Positions 1-13,517 of a stretch of DNA of 64,000 nucleotides are shown here, one piece after another. This DNA comes from Phallusia mammillata (lineage: Eukaryota): contig OZ281496.1 in assembly GCA_965637545.1 (NCBI GenBank), positions 25,358,001 through 25,422,000 of the forward strand, in the 5' to 3' direction. Positions within the stretch are counted from its first letter, which is position 1. The number at the start of each line of letters is the position of its first letter. Below the pieces are notes generated by a model. That model was not told the origin of the DNA and did not search any database. It saw only the letters and a list, made by a program, of their open reading frames with translations. The translations under genes were made by a program, and so were the position numbers.

Positions 1-3000
1 AGCCGTCCCATCCAATTGCACACAGACAGCGGTATTTGGTTTCATTTACACTGTACTTGACCTCTTCACACTTGGCATCGTTTTGACATGGATCACTTGT
101 GCAGGGCACCTGATTTTCTAATACAATGGTAAGGGTACAACAGGTTTTTTAACATTTAACGGCTTGTAGTATTTTTATTCATGGTATAAATGCACTGTTT
201 GATTCTAAAGGCATGGGCAGTATAGGGTTTAGGCTCTAAGAATGTAGACCAATTTTGATAAGATTTTGACAAAATTGTAGATACTTGATCACATATTTTT
301 TCACTGAACTAGAATGGTGATTTAAAGCATCATATAAATTCTAAGTTAACAAAATTGTACCATTCAAGAAGGATTGAGTCAAGCTTCAGTATATATGTTG
401 TTTATAGTAGGCCAGATATCGTTGGCTTACAAACTCTTAGTCTAAAATTCCCTATATATATTTGTTTTCGATTGTTTACCACAGCTGGTTCCATTGTAAC
501 CAATTGCACATTTGCAGGAAAAGAAGTTCATCATATCAGAGCATGTTCCTCCATTTTGACAAGGATCGCTCTCACATTCATTGAACTCTGGCAATGTAAA
601 CCAGGTTGGTTCAATCAAAGAGTTGTTGGCTATTGTTAGTGTAATATTAAAGATTATTTACATACAATACATGATATATTTTGTTGAATAAAACAGAACC
701 GAAATTATTATTTTACTGTAATTGCTAGTTCTTGATTTCATTGTGGTTTACCAATAGGATTTTACTGATATATATATAAAGTGTGTAAACAAATTCCCTT
801 TATTCAGTGGTGGGATTCAAATTTTTTGTCAGTCGGTTCAATCACAAAAGTCATATTTTTCAGCCGGCCCTTTTACAAAAAGTTCATTGATAGTTACCAG
901 TAATTTTTGATAGTTAATTTTTGATAGTAATCATTGATAGTTACCAGTAAAAATGTCCTAAACTTCTTTTCAATATCATATTACGTTTATGTATATAAGA
1001 TAGGCCATATGCCACTAACTAGTGTTGTCTTGTAAAGCAATTTTTAGAAAAACACAAGTGCCATAAGCCAATGGTGTCGGTTATGGCCATTGTGGTATCA
1101 ACCCTTTGCCACTCATTAAACTTTTTTTTTACCAATATCACAGTTTTCTCCAGTGTATCCTGGATCACACTCTTCTCGGCAAATGTATTCATTCACTTTA
1201 TCCACACAAACCAAATCTCCCTCGCATGGGTTGGATTTGCACTCGTTGATATCTAAAAACATTTTGCTGTAAAAGAACATCTGCACAGGTAGATAGGACT
1301 TTGTAAATATTTTTAATACTGTTTGTGGTGGTAGAGCAAGATTAGGTTGTTTTGGCGTACATTCGTTTAGCAAAGTTACATATTATTCGGGAAAATATTG
1401 GTTATTATGGGTCCCTCTTTCGGAAGGGACTTTACCCTATTTTGTGTACTTTGGTCATTCAGTAAATGTTTTGTTAAGGTGAACTTTTAGATCATGGCAA
1501 TGTGACATTTGTTTTGTTTAGTAGTTATCCTTGTAGTCCTCACCCCCCAAAACACTCAAATGAACATTTTTTTGTCCTTGTGCATTTACTGTTGTAATGG
1601 ACACAAATGCTCCACCACTTAGTTTCCTAATTCCCCAAAAAGGGGGGCATTTTAACAATATGTGATGTGTCAATAATTTTATTTTTCATAACCAGTTACC
1701 CTCATAACCCCTAAAATAGATTTCACTGTTAAACAATGTTCGAATCATGTAATTTGGAACTTAATACAGAAAAATAAATCAGTACATTTTTTTTTAATAA
1801 GTACTGTAGATCAATTAAACAAAATTTCAACTTGCCTTTTTCACACTTTTCACCATTAAAGCCACTCATACAAGTACATGTAAACTTTTCACCCCATGGG
1901 ATACAGGAGCCACCATTCTCGCATGGATTCGGGATGCACACATTTTCCCCTGTACAAAACAATATCACTGATTTTCTTGTTGTCAAGTTGTTTTCTTACA
2001 GTTGTCACTGCAGCGGAAACGCTATTTCAAGGTATTTCAGAGGCAATGTGCAAGATAAACAGTGTTTATTGCACTCAAAAACGTGAATTGATGCAAATGA
2101 ACATACATATTGACAATGCAACCATAAAAAGCCATGTTGTGTATGGTCTTCATGCACAACATATCCATTGTAACAAAATTACACAATGTACCTGAACAAC
2201 ACAAAATATAACACAATAATATCGACAATACAGTACAAATGTCCAAAGTGTAGTGATAAAGGCATCACAACCCCTTAATATACAGTAATACAGTATATAA
2301 AAATAAGTATACGCGCACTATATCATCAACAAGGGATAATACAGTATTGCAAAAGCCACATCTCGATATTAATTCACCACATGCTAATCAAGATCTTTGC
2401 TGATACAAAGTCGACTGTCCACCACTGATGACTACTTTGCCAAGATATTCCGCATTGGACATATCTCACAACTCTACAAGTCACTTTTAATACTGCTGGT
2501 TGACCATTGTACCTTCCTCGCATAAATCGCCTTCGAAGCCGTCGTGGCAGAAGCAAAATACCTCGCCATCGTCCAAATCAAAACATGTACCTTCGTTCTG
2601 GCATGGGTTTGGGTTGCATATATCATCAGGATCGCCTACATCCTCCACTAAACAAGTAGAGTCATATTAGACCTTTTCAAGGCAAAATAACCCTTCTAGC
2701 TCAGTGGTTTTAAAACTTCAAGGGAGAAATTTGCTTTAATTTGCACATTTGGTTTATAAATAGACACTTCAGCTCTGGGAATATAACCTATGAAGTTGAT
2801 GAAATATCCAATTTTAAATCATTGTTTGGTTTAGCATCTGCCATGTAGTCTGGGAATGAATGAAAATTATTTGAATTGTTAAGGGAGGAATTCTTTAAAA
2901 AAGGTTGGGAACCACTGCCCTAGGTTTAACTTAGTTGTTATGTACTTTGGGTGGATAAGTACAATATTTACCTTGAGCTGGTGCCGTTTCGCATCTCGTA

Positions 3001-6000
3001 CCAGTATAACCATCCTGACAGTTACAAGAATAAGAGTTTATCTTGTTCTGGCAGCGGCCGTTGTGTAGGCAAGGATTGGAAGCGCACTCATCGATATCTG
3101 TTCATCAATATCAGCAAATTCAAATTAAACCAGTAACAAAAGTTGGATGGCGTGTTGGCTAAAGGTTGTTAGAATATGTTGCTGGAAATTATATTTTAGT
3201 GGGTAGACATTGCAAAATTAAAGGCACTCCATTACCTTGCGTGCATGTGTTGCCTCTAAATCCAGAGCTACAAGTACATTTGTATCTGTTTGCTTCGTTC
3301 TTACACCTTCCTCCGTTCTGACACGGGTTCGGTGTGCAAAAGTCTTCTGCTTCTGAACCAAAAAATAAGTATTAGCAACATCAGTTCCTTTCCTTTTGCT
3401 TATTACCAAGTAAAAAGTATTCCATGTCCCGTGGTCCTTCGTCATTTTGGGAACTTTTGCGTCAATTTTCATTAACGTACTAATGTAAGGATTGCTCCAA
3501 ACGTTTTTCTATACCTTCTTCTACTTCACATGTCTTCCCAGTCCAACCTCGCGCACATTTGCACTTGTAATCTTCTCCCTTGCTCTCACAAGTCCCGCCG
3601 TTGCGACAAGGATCAGAATTACACGGATCGACTCCTGGAAATTGCTAACTTCATTGCGAAAGGATTTGAACTGTTCAAGCGTCTAGCGTTAACTAACAGG
3701 CAGCGAAGCAGCAGAATTATTGCCAAGCGTCGTTTGGAAGCTTACTAAGTCTGTACGAGTTGTTGAGTGTGATTTGGCTGTTTTGTTTATTGAGGCATTA
3801 GTTGAGTTAATTTTGCCCAGTGAGACGTTTTAGCAGCACAATTGCGCTAAAATATTCAGCAAGCCGGAAATAGCTGCGCAACGCTAGGACGTTATAAAGC
3901 GCTACAAAGTTGGTGGAGCACACAATTGATTGGTGGATAGATGGTAAATGCACTGTATATTCAGCAATGGACGTAGTGATCTTTAAGTATTTTAGCTTGC
4001 TGGATGCTAAAAAGCGCCTTATTGATGAGCATCTTACTCGTTTCGCACGTGACACCAGTCCAACCAATCACGCAACTGCACGTGAAGCTTTCATCGCCAT
4101 CTTCACATGTACCGCCATTTTTACAAGGTTGTGATTCACACTCGTTAATATTTTCTTCTAAAAACAAAGATGGAATTGATTTTGGTATAGTCATAACACT
4201 TGCAAAGATGGAATGGAATTTGGTATAACCCTTGAATTCGAAGTGTGTCATAACACTTGCATAAGCGAAGTGCACTTGTAAAACTTCACGAGTATAGTTT
4301 ACGCTTATCCGCCTATGAGCCGTTTACTGTGTAAACAACGTTGGTTTTGTTTCAAATAATGGTCAACTCAGTAAAACATAGCACTTCAGCGCTTGGGAAA
4401 AGTCAAACCAAGTGGATTGACGCCATGACCCAGCTTTGCGATTACCACTTGAGTATAGGGATCAACGCATTTGTACTTCCTTCTCGACACAAGCTTATAG
4501 CGGGCTCACTGTTTTCACAAGTATCTCCGCTCCATCCATCGGCGCAGGTGCAAGTAAACATGTTATCCCCATCTACACAAGAACCCCCGTTTTGACATGG
4601 CCCTGACTCGCATTCGTTGATTTCTTCCTCTGTAAAGGAAGGTTCTTGGTTTCTTGTTATTTTTTACAGTTTGCCAAGCATAGCAGAAAGATACAGCTGC
4701 ATATCCAAGCATGTATGCGAAGCTTGCTGTAAGTTGTTCTTTGGTCTGAACACAAAGCGTGGACCGTCCATCTTAACTTGCTAGGTTCAAGGCAGGAGGC
4801 TTATAGTTGCTTGTACTAAATACCACCAACTAAAACACTAACCTTCTAGCCTCGGTATAACGTATTTGTGCATTTCTAAGTCATTTTGATTCATTAAAAC
4901 TCAAAACAAACCTTGACATAGTATGCAGAAGCACTATTATTTTTCAAAAGTTGAAGTTACAATCGCAAGACATTTGTTTGCACGCTGCAGTACGAAAAAC
5001 AAACAAAACAGAGAGCAAAGCGCACAAGCACACCACCTTAAAACTGTATATCCAAGCCTGCGTAGCAACTGTTAAGTGCAGCCGTACTGCCTTACTGAAT
5101 AAGTAGCAAAGCATGTCTAAAACTGCATTCTCTTGAATTTGGTATCTAAAAAATGCGCTACTCACTAAGTTTTGCATTAAGCCAAACGGTTCAATCTAAG
5201 CCAGCTTCGGCAAATTTGATACAACAAGCGGATTGCTAAAGCGTTTTGTAAACCGTTTTGTACATTAAACATTAGTTAGCATCAGCAGTAAAAGCGCTTA
5301 GCAATGCATGGCAGTGGATTCTTACTAGTTTCGCACGTATCTCCGATCCACCCTTCAGCGCAAACACAAGTAAACATTTCTTCCCCGTCCTCACATGTCC
5401 CTCCGTTCAAACAAGGATCAGAATCACATTCGTTTACCTTTTCCGCGACCTCCACTGAATAAACAGCAAAATAAATTAGTTTTTTGATTCACTAAGCGTT
5501 TAGCGAAGAGAAGCTGAGTCTACCACGCTGCCCAAAAGCGGGACAAAAGGTCCGAAGTAGTTCTGTATTGTTATGAAAGTTTGAGCAGTGTTTATTATAG
5601 TAAGCCTATGTTTTCATGGCATTTCATGAAGACAGAAAAGCATTTAGTCTGCGCTGTTGTTTTATAGCAGAAAAAAATCCGAAGTAGTCCTAAATGTTTC
5701 TGTAGTCTGATGGAAGCTTGAGCAGTCTGCATTGAAGTTGGCCGTTATTTCCATGCCATTTCACGAAGGAAGGAAAGCATTGATTCTACGCTCTTGTTTT
5801 ATAGCAGAATATAGAATTCCGAAAGAGGTCCTAATAATTTTGTATTCCTATAAAGTCAAAGGAGTTTAACATTAAGACCATGTTTCTTGACATAACATGA
5901 AGCCACAGCAAAGAATTCGTCAAAATGATGCAGCGTAGTCTGGTCTTGATTAAGCTTTCGGCCTCTAAGCTGAAGCAAAGCTGATTAGTGCTAAACCTCA

Positions 6001-9000
6001 CTGATTTCACAACGATCCCCGTTCCAACCCTCTGTGCACAGACATGTGAACATTTCTTCACCGTCTTCACATGTACCACCATTCTCACATGGCTCAGATT
6101 CACATTCATTAATCTCCAACTCTACAACACCGGAGATTTAGACACAACTTACTGCAAACCTTTCGAAAAATCACTAGCAAGCTACAAAGCTTGAGGTTTC
6201 CAGCCAGAGCTGCAAAAACAGGCAAAGCGCTAATTTCACAAACGCAGGCGTTTGGGTGCAAGCAATATTGCCAAACGCTTTACAACATATTGCACGATTG
6301 ATCTCCCATGATGGGCTTGAACGAGCGCGAATGGAATATTCTTGTACAGTATAACGGTAATTCATATATTGCATCCTTTGCAATGTGCCATGGCAAGCAA
6401 AGCGCAGTTCTCACTTTCTTCACAAGTTTCCCCACTCCAGCCATCCACACAGATGCACGTAAACAAGTTCTCTCCATCTTCACAAGTCCCTTCGTTCTTG
6501 CAAGGACCGGACTCACACTCATTTATATCTATAGGAACGCAGTTACCACAAAAGAAAGCAATTTGTATGTAACCCAAGTTTCACATGCCAAGCCAAGATA
6601 GAGATTAGCAAGATCAGCATACACAAAAAACCTTTGCTGACGGTTTTGAACCATTTTTTTCGATTTCCATGTACAGTGTTCGTGTAAGTAACAAGTTGAA
6701 CAAAAGCTTAGCACAGGAATAACTTTAAGGACCAAAAAACGTAAACTTATGCTGCACTTAACACATATGTTTATACTGCACTTAACCCACTTCTACTATC
6801 ATTTTTGGTTGTTTATCAAATCAATTACGACAAAGTTAATTTAAATTGGAATGATTTTCTAAATGTTGTATAAACCGGCCCTCCTATAATTCCACAATGC
6901 ATGTTGTCATACACACTTTCTTTAAGCCTGATAACGCCTCATAGACAGATCACATAGCATAATAAGCGTGAATAATATGCCAAGCGAGCGCATTCTTACT
7001 GGTTTCGCAAGTCTCTCCTGCCCAACCTTCAGCACAAGTGCACAGAAACATATTCTCGCTGTTTTCACAAGTCCCTCCGTTTTGACAAGGACTTGACTCG
7101 CATTCGTCGATATCTTTGCCCCAAACATCATCGTTAGACTTACATACCTTTGTTATGTGGGTTAAGTTAATGAAACAAGCAGATTTAACTTTTTCTTATT
7201 TAACACAAACAATAGAATAGGCAAAGGTAACTTACAATCTGTATTATTGTTAACATTCCCCAGTTAATCTAAATATTTTTCTGGAGTTTTTTTGGAATTC
7301 ATATTACAAACATTCACCACAAAAATAGTGGTTACTTCTCAGGCGCCACCAAAAATTTAATAAAAATGTACTGTTTTGAAAATCCTGTAACAAAAACTTT
7401 CTTGAAAATTACTGTCACATAACAAGATTTGCTGCAAAGTGAATGTTGTTTGGTAAAAAGTTGACCATAAGCGGACTATTCTCTTACCGTTGCTGCACGT
7501 ATCTCCTGACCATCCTTCCTTACATTTGCATGTAAATTGGTTCACTTCATCTTGGCATTCACCATCGTTAAGACAAGGATTTGATTGACACTCGTCAATA
7601 TCTGAAAGAATTTTGACACATAATGGCATTTGCAATTTGCTTTATGTGCAACGAGTCGATGTGTGCGCACAAGCACGTAACCTTAAAAAAAAAGTCATTT
7701 AAGTCTTTATAAAGACGAATTCGATTAATAGCATATATTCGTTTTATTGCATGGGAATCATAAATCCCAAACACCATGTGTTATTTATACTGGTTTATAT
7801 AATCTCAAATTCCGGATTTTGGTACACAAAAACATGGCTTTCTGTATCCTATTAACTGGAAAAAGCTGTTTGTCTTACAACACAAGGATAAGTAACTATT
7901 TTTTTCTGAATTTTAAATATATTTTCTCACACGTTATGGCGTTATTCTTACCTGTTTCACATGTAGGATCCGTGTATCCAGGAACACACGAGCAAGTAAA
8001 CTGATTCGCGCCGTTTTCGCATGTTGCCCCATTTTTACAAGGCTCTGCAGCACACTCGTCAATATCTTAAAATGAAAAATGTTTCTGGTTAGTTTTTAGT
8101 TTCATTCGCTGGTTGCCCAAATGTCTCTATAGGCAGCATCACAAAAGCGTACATATTTTGTCATTACCCAATATTTAGCACCTTCCGGTTTAAAGAGTTA
8201 TATTAATGTAACTAACTTCCAATTTTCGGGGCTTTTATACAGTAACTAAACCAACACGCTTGATAAACGCACCAATCAAGTTTTCTCCTCTAAATTTCGA
8301 TTTTGTAGGTGATTGTCATTTTGTACATATACTTTTAATTTTGGTAATGAGTACCGCTTGGATTTTACTTTCATCCCCACCCCCCACATGGATCATTTAA
8401 AACAGGGCTCTTCAACCGGGGCCTGGGGTTCCGTCCAATCCTTTCAGGTGTTCCGCGAACTTTATGGGTCGCATAGGGGTTCTCAGTGCTTTTGTGTAGC
8501 AATTCAAACATGAATGATTCATAATATCTTTGTTGCGAACAGCAATGCTCGCTTGCACAACCTAGTTAGCCTTGGTTACACCATTGATCAATTGTGACGT
8601 AATAATTAAAGTCTTGATACTCTCTGTCTGAATTGCGAGATAAATGTACAAACGACCAATCTAAATAACATGACAATGCTTTTTAGTAAATCGTTTAATT
8701 TAATTGAAGTCAACATTTGTTATGTGCTTGGGGTGTAGAACGTAAAAATGTATGTTGTTTCATGTAGCCTACTTGAGTTACATTCATTCAAAATAATTTT
8801 ATGAGGGGTTCCGCAAAGCTTGACAAAACACCGTGGGGGTTCCGTGTCACTAAAAAGGTTGAAGAGCACTGATTTAAAAGATGCTTTTTGATTTCTTCGT
8901 TTCGATTGTGATAACTTATAGAGCACTTTACCTTCCGAACAAGTATCTCCTGTCCATCCAGGAGAACAAGCGCATGTAAAACCATCTCCTGTATCCGTAC

Positions 9001-12000
9001 ATGTGCCTTCGTTTACACATGGGTTTGGGTCGCAATTATCGACTGCACCTGTATGTGATGAAACATATGTAATTGTTTACTGTCACAACGACATGTATTG
9101 CAAATCCCACAGCAAAATTTAGGCACTTTCGCTTTTCAAAAAATATATTCAGTTTAGTAGTTAAAAAAACAGTGCGGGATAAACCATTTAGTTGGCTAAG
9201 ATAGAGGTAATCTGTTTATAGGGGGCATTCAGTGTATCTTGAAATCTATTGAAAATTATTTTCGTTCGCCCAAATGCATTTTTGCCATTAACAGGACATG
9301 TTCTTGTTCTTAAGCTCCCGAAAATTGTTGTTTATAAACAAGTTTCCGTTAAAACAATATAAAAATGCAAATGATAACATGGCACATATCCACTTAATAA
9401 AATGCTATAGCATACCCAGAAACCCTTACAAAACAAGGTTCAACTGTCCGATTTTTCGGTACTAACTTGATTCAACTTCGTTCTCGCAGTTTCGTCCTTC
9501 AAACCCATCTGTGCAATCGCATCTGTAGTTGTATCGCACTGGGGAACAACTGCCGTCGTTTTGACAAGGACTGGACACACATGGACTTACCATAGGCATT
9601 CTTCCTCTCTGCACTGTAGTAAAGGTAGATCAGATTTTATACAAACTACAAATACTATAATGCTTTCTTGTAAAGAACGAATTGGCATGTAAATCACGTA
9701 TTGTTGCTGTAGGCGTAGTGTAAATTTGGGTACAAACATTTTTTGCTTGCCAACGTTTCAACGCCTTATCAGGGTCGATCAAGTAGTATTTTACACACCA
9801 ATTGGTGCGCAATTATAAGCCAGTTTGGCGGTTTTCGTGCAAACATAGCAAATAATAGTTTTGCCAACAGTTACGTGCTGCGTACCTTTTCTGTTACCAT
9901 GGTAATTATTGTGCCTTTGTTTTAAATATTTTTACCCTAAGAACGTGAGATTTTATTCCATGCCTTTCGCGTAATATGTAAAATACATAGTCTATACATT
10001 TATAACAGTTTTTATGCTTATAATAACCTAACGTTGGGTACCAAAGTAGTATATCAGGGTTAATGAAACATAGATTTAGCCTATTACAATCCATCTTTTA
10101 AACATGGCCACCCCTCAAATGCAAACACTTGGCACTTCGAGCTTTATCAGTAACAAGTAATATTGTCCTTCGAGCAATGATCATTTCAAAACACAAAAAA
10201 TAAAAGCAATTTTTGGTTTCCTTTGAACTGTATTAGTTTGTCCAAAATCTGTATTGCTGTATTTTACCATCAGCTTGTTTCGTTGCCCCCTGACGTTTTT
10301 GAAAACCAAACCCGGCGGTGCACAAAATTACAAATCCTGTACCTTTATAAGTTAAATACAATCCCCGGTACTGAGTTGCACTGTCGCTTACAAACGTAAT
10401 AGTGCCTGGACCACCTCCTGCGAATGGTCGAGGACGGCGAGCTCCGCAGAGGGTCTTTGGTTTCTGACCGTAAAACTCAAATTTGACATAATCCTTCGAA
10501 CAGCTTCCACCGTTTTCAATCTGCATGTCTTGGATTTCAATCTACAATATTGGCTAATAGGTTAATATTGTTAAAATAAACTAACTTAACTTTTTTGTTG
10601 TTACGGTCCCGTAATTTTATAGGTCTGTCCCCCACCTAGAATTACAACCATTTAGAAGCTTGAACATTGTTTAATTTGGGCACCCAAAGACCTTCTGAAA
10701 CTTTCCCGTGGTCCTCTTTGCAGCCTGCCAACCCCAGTTTGGAAACGACTGACTTAATTTACAGTATTCAATCACTAAGCATTCCCTTATGGCAGGGCGT
10801 AGACTACGAAAATCGAACCTGCGGTGGGATTCGAACCTACAACAGGAGCACTTATAGGACTCGTTCTTTACCAACTGAGCTACAAAGGCTCAGTGGCAAG
10901 CCAGCCCAAAGTCGAATCACAAGTTCCGTTGCCTGCTCCATTTGCTACGCATGTCAGCTTCGAAAAAGATGATCACCAGTTCGAACAATTTTCAGTTAAG
11001 ATGAACATAAATTTTATACTGATGTCAGTTCTCTAGCCCAGGGGTCACCAAACTTTTTTCGCCGCGGGCCGGATAAGTTTAATGATAATTTGCGCGGACC
11101 GCATAGTTTACCCCATGCTCTAACGCCGTCTTTCCAAACTTAGTCCGCGAGGCAATTTTACATTTTTACTACACCCATTTAAAATCCGGTGATGCGACTA
11201 TTAACTGTATAGTTAGTTTTATTTTGAAAGCAATGCTTGTATATTACGTCACAAGCAAAAACGAAGGCAATTGTTTGCGCACAATTAACACTTGTAGTCT
11301 TGTCTGTGACGTAACAAATTGACTTTGGATCAATCCTGGACGTTGTAATCCTTTGAAACAGGGCAAAATCAATTCTACATTTCGCGACAGGAAAAGTTTC
11401 GTAAGGAGTAGATTAATTTTTGAATGTTGCATAGTTATCAATACGATTTGGCAAACCAAAAAATGTGGTCACGGGCCGGATGAAATGACCTCGCGGGCCG
11501 TAGTTTGGTGACCCCTGCTCTAGCCTATGACTGTGGACATGCTTAGTGACCGGCTGATTCGATATAACGCATGATTTATAAAGTCGTGTTTGCTGAACTG
11601 CATAGACGCTTCAGAGCTGATCCCAGTGTCGAACCTATGTTCAAGATTTACAGTTAGACACTTACAGTAATGCGGTCGCTGGGTCCAAATCTCATGTTCC
11701 ACACACAAGTAGCATCAGGTGGATAGGGTCTCCGATTATAGTTTGGTGTTATAATGTAGCCCTGAAGTTTAGTGATCTCCCCACCACAAGCCTGACCTCT
11801 GACCGATACTGAAATGTGAAATACTTTTGACATTGCCATTTGCTGGACATTTAGTAGTCGTATTCACAAACACTTGTATGCGTCCCTTCACACAAGACGC
11901 GTATACAATGGGCCAGATAATTATATCACTCTTGAATGCATATGCTGTTGCTATTTGCGCTTTGTATCTATTGCGGCTTTTAAACCGGTTTTATTTTACT

Positions 12001-12315
12001 TTTTTATTCTTAATACCTTCATGGACGTGTAAATGTTGCATTTTAAGCATTTAATTATCCCACTAAAACATTTATATTTAGGTATATTTTCCACAAGGGA
12101 ACTAATGTACTGCTACGCCATTAGCTTCGCACTGTAAAAAGTCCTTGAACCGTGGTTTCAGCACTAGAAACTCAAAACAGACTTCAAAAATTAATATTTT
12201 AAATTATAAACTTCTCTATTTTCGATTACAGTTATAGTTTTTAATGTCCTGTTTATGACACCACCGACTTACCTGCAAAGACATTCACAAAAACACATAA
12301 CAATAAAATCACCAT
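1..12315 (-). CDS. Secreted/cell-surface CUB + multiple EGF-like repeat protein (fibropellin/Notch-type EGF array); 3' end lies beyond the left window edge
   Basis: 21 phase-consistent exons in transcript order: 12273-12315 (signal peptide [14 protein letters not shown]), 11666-11808 and 10343-10541 (CUB: [17 protein letters not shown]...CVWNM...CSKDYVKF...LCG...[18 protein letters not shown]), then one EGF per exon at 9467-9613, 8932-9048, 7952-8065, 7488-7601, 7000-7113, 6415-6528, 6002-6121, 5326-5454, 4510-4629, 4038-4157, 3515-3634, 3236-3352, 2972-3097, 2513-2647, 1836-1949, 1133-1252, 480-587 and <1-117. All EGF exons are phase 1-1; many carry the calcium-binding signature D/E-I-D/N-E-C (e.g. 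[16 protein letters not shown]). One GC donor; all other introns GT-AG. Confidence 0.93.
805..870 (+). mobile_element. hAT terminal fragment
   Basis: CAGTGGTGGGATTCAAA resembles a hAT terminus; no matching other end found. Confidence 0.3.
2702..2918. mobile_element. Old, degenerate hAT MITE
   Basis: Ends CAGTGGTTTTAAAACTT / AAGGTTGGGAACCACTG; flanks TTCTAGCT vs CCCTAGGT match only 5 of 8. Confidence 0.5.
5551..5833. repeat. Degenerate ~130-140-bp tandem duplication in an EGF-gene intron
   Basis: TCCGAAGTAGT...TTGAGCAGT...CATGxCATTTCAxGAAG...AAAGCATT...TGTTTTATAGCAGAA present twice, with a third TCCGAA start at 5818. Confidence 0.75.
8403..8871. mobile_element. Non-autonomous hAT element (MITE) in an EGF-gene intron
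   Basis: TIRs CAGGGCTCTTCAACC / GGTTGAAGAGCACTG; perfect 8-bp TSD ATTTAAAA on both sides. Confidence 0.9.
10817..10889 (-). pseudogene. tRNA-derived sequence (SINE head or tRNA pseudogene)
   Basis: Minus strand GCCTTTGTAGCTCAGTTGGTAAAGAAC...GTAGGTTCGAATCCCACCGCAGGT has Pol III A box (TAGCTCAGTTGG) and B box (GTTCGAATCC), but mismatches in the D, anticodon and acceptor stems. Confidence 0.6.
11039..11517. mobile_element. Non-autonomous hAT element (MITE) in the intron splitting the CUB domain
   Basis: Perfect 16-bp TIRs CAGGGGTCACCAAACT / AGTTTGGTGACCCCTG; perfect 8-bp TSD CTCTAGCC. Confidence 0.93.
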
Positions 12316-13370
12316 TTTTGATTTAAAATCTTGTTGTGACTTTTGGCTCTACCATGGTCATGCCGCGAATCAAGTTTGAAGCCAAAACGGAACAATTAAT
12401 CACACTCCTATACTTTACCACTGTTTTCAAATATTCCTATACCCAGCAGCGGTCCCACGGCTAAATAACTCATTGCTGGTTGAATGATGACAGCACTTGG
12501 TGATCTGTACTTCAAAAGGCATCTGTACAAACACTTAAACAGTGGCACAGGCATATGTATCACAATAATTCAGCTTGTCTCGTTTATCACTCTGGTTATC
12601 CGAAAAAAGGCATTTTTCAATCGATATTGTGTAGTTCTGGGCCAAAAGGCTTACAGGGCTTGCATCTTAGTGTGCGGAATCCACAAAACTTTACTTAAGT
12701 GGCAATTACTTTTGGATAAAACCTCTTGAGTTTTGCCGAAGAAAGTCGAGTATTTGCTTAAGATGTGAATTGATTTTGAAACAAGGCAATTTATTGCTAT
12801 GTTTAAGTGTTAGATAAACTTATGTATTTTTTGTCATTTTAGGATCTACATCGAAGAAACCTCGGTGATATGTGGAAGAATTTGTGGGAAACAGTCGAAA
12901 CACTTTTTCGTTTGAATCCGAAATGTGATTCGTTTTTTGGCGTTGAAGGTATTTGTCTCTCTCATACAATTCATCATGCTAGAAAAACGCAATTGTTCGT
13001 ACATTGTTAGACTTTAGGTTAGGTCGATTTGGTAGTTGACTTGCGCCGCCCAATACAATCGCTATTGTCCCAACATACCCCTTTTTCTAAATACTAAACA
13101 ACTTTCAAAATGGATAAATGTAGATTTAATTTACACGAAAAAAAACATTAATATCATTTATGTTTGTGAATGTTTTAGTACAATTTCAGGCCTTTTATGA
13201 GCGTTTTATAGAAATAACATCGCGTCTATCTTCTATAAGACTTCCTAGATGAATGTTTATTTTACAATTATAAAAACTTTTTCACACAAAAATTGCACTT
13301 TTTATGAATATATCAGTAAAATTATTAAGCGGCCATTTTATCTGCAATAGGACTTACAACTTGTATATAT

Positions 13371-13517
13371 GTTTATTTTGCATTTAAAAGCCTTACAACA
13401 TAAAACCCAGCAATTTTTGTGCAAAATTACGACCCTAAACATCGTTTATTTGCATTCATAAGCCATACAACATAAAACCCAGCAATTTTTGTGAAGTAAA
13501 ATTACGACCCCAACATC
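13371..13517. repeat. Two-copy ~73-bp tandem duplication
   Basis: GTTTATTT(T)GCATT...ACAACATAAAACCCAGCAATTTTTGTG...AAAATTACGACCC occurs twice in succession. Confidence 0.85.

Noticed and set aside
1-12315. Calling the EGF gene Notch, Delta/Jagged, Crumbs or true fibropellin
   Set aside because: It starts signal peptide-CUB-EGF with no DSL, LNR or laminin-G seen, fibropellin has an EGF before its CUB, and the C-terminus is outside the window.
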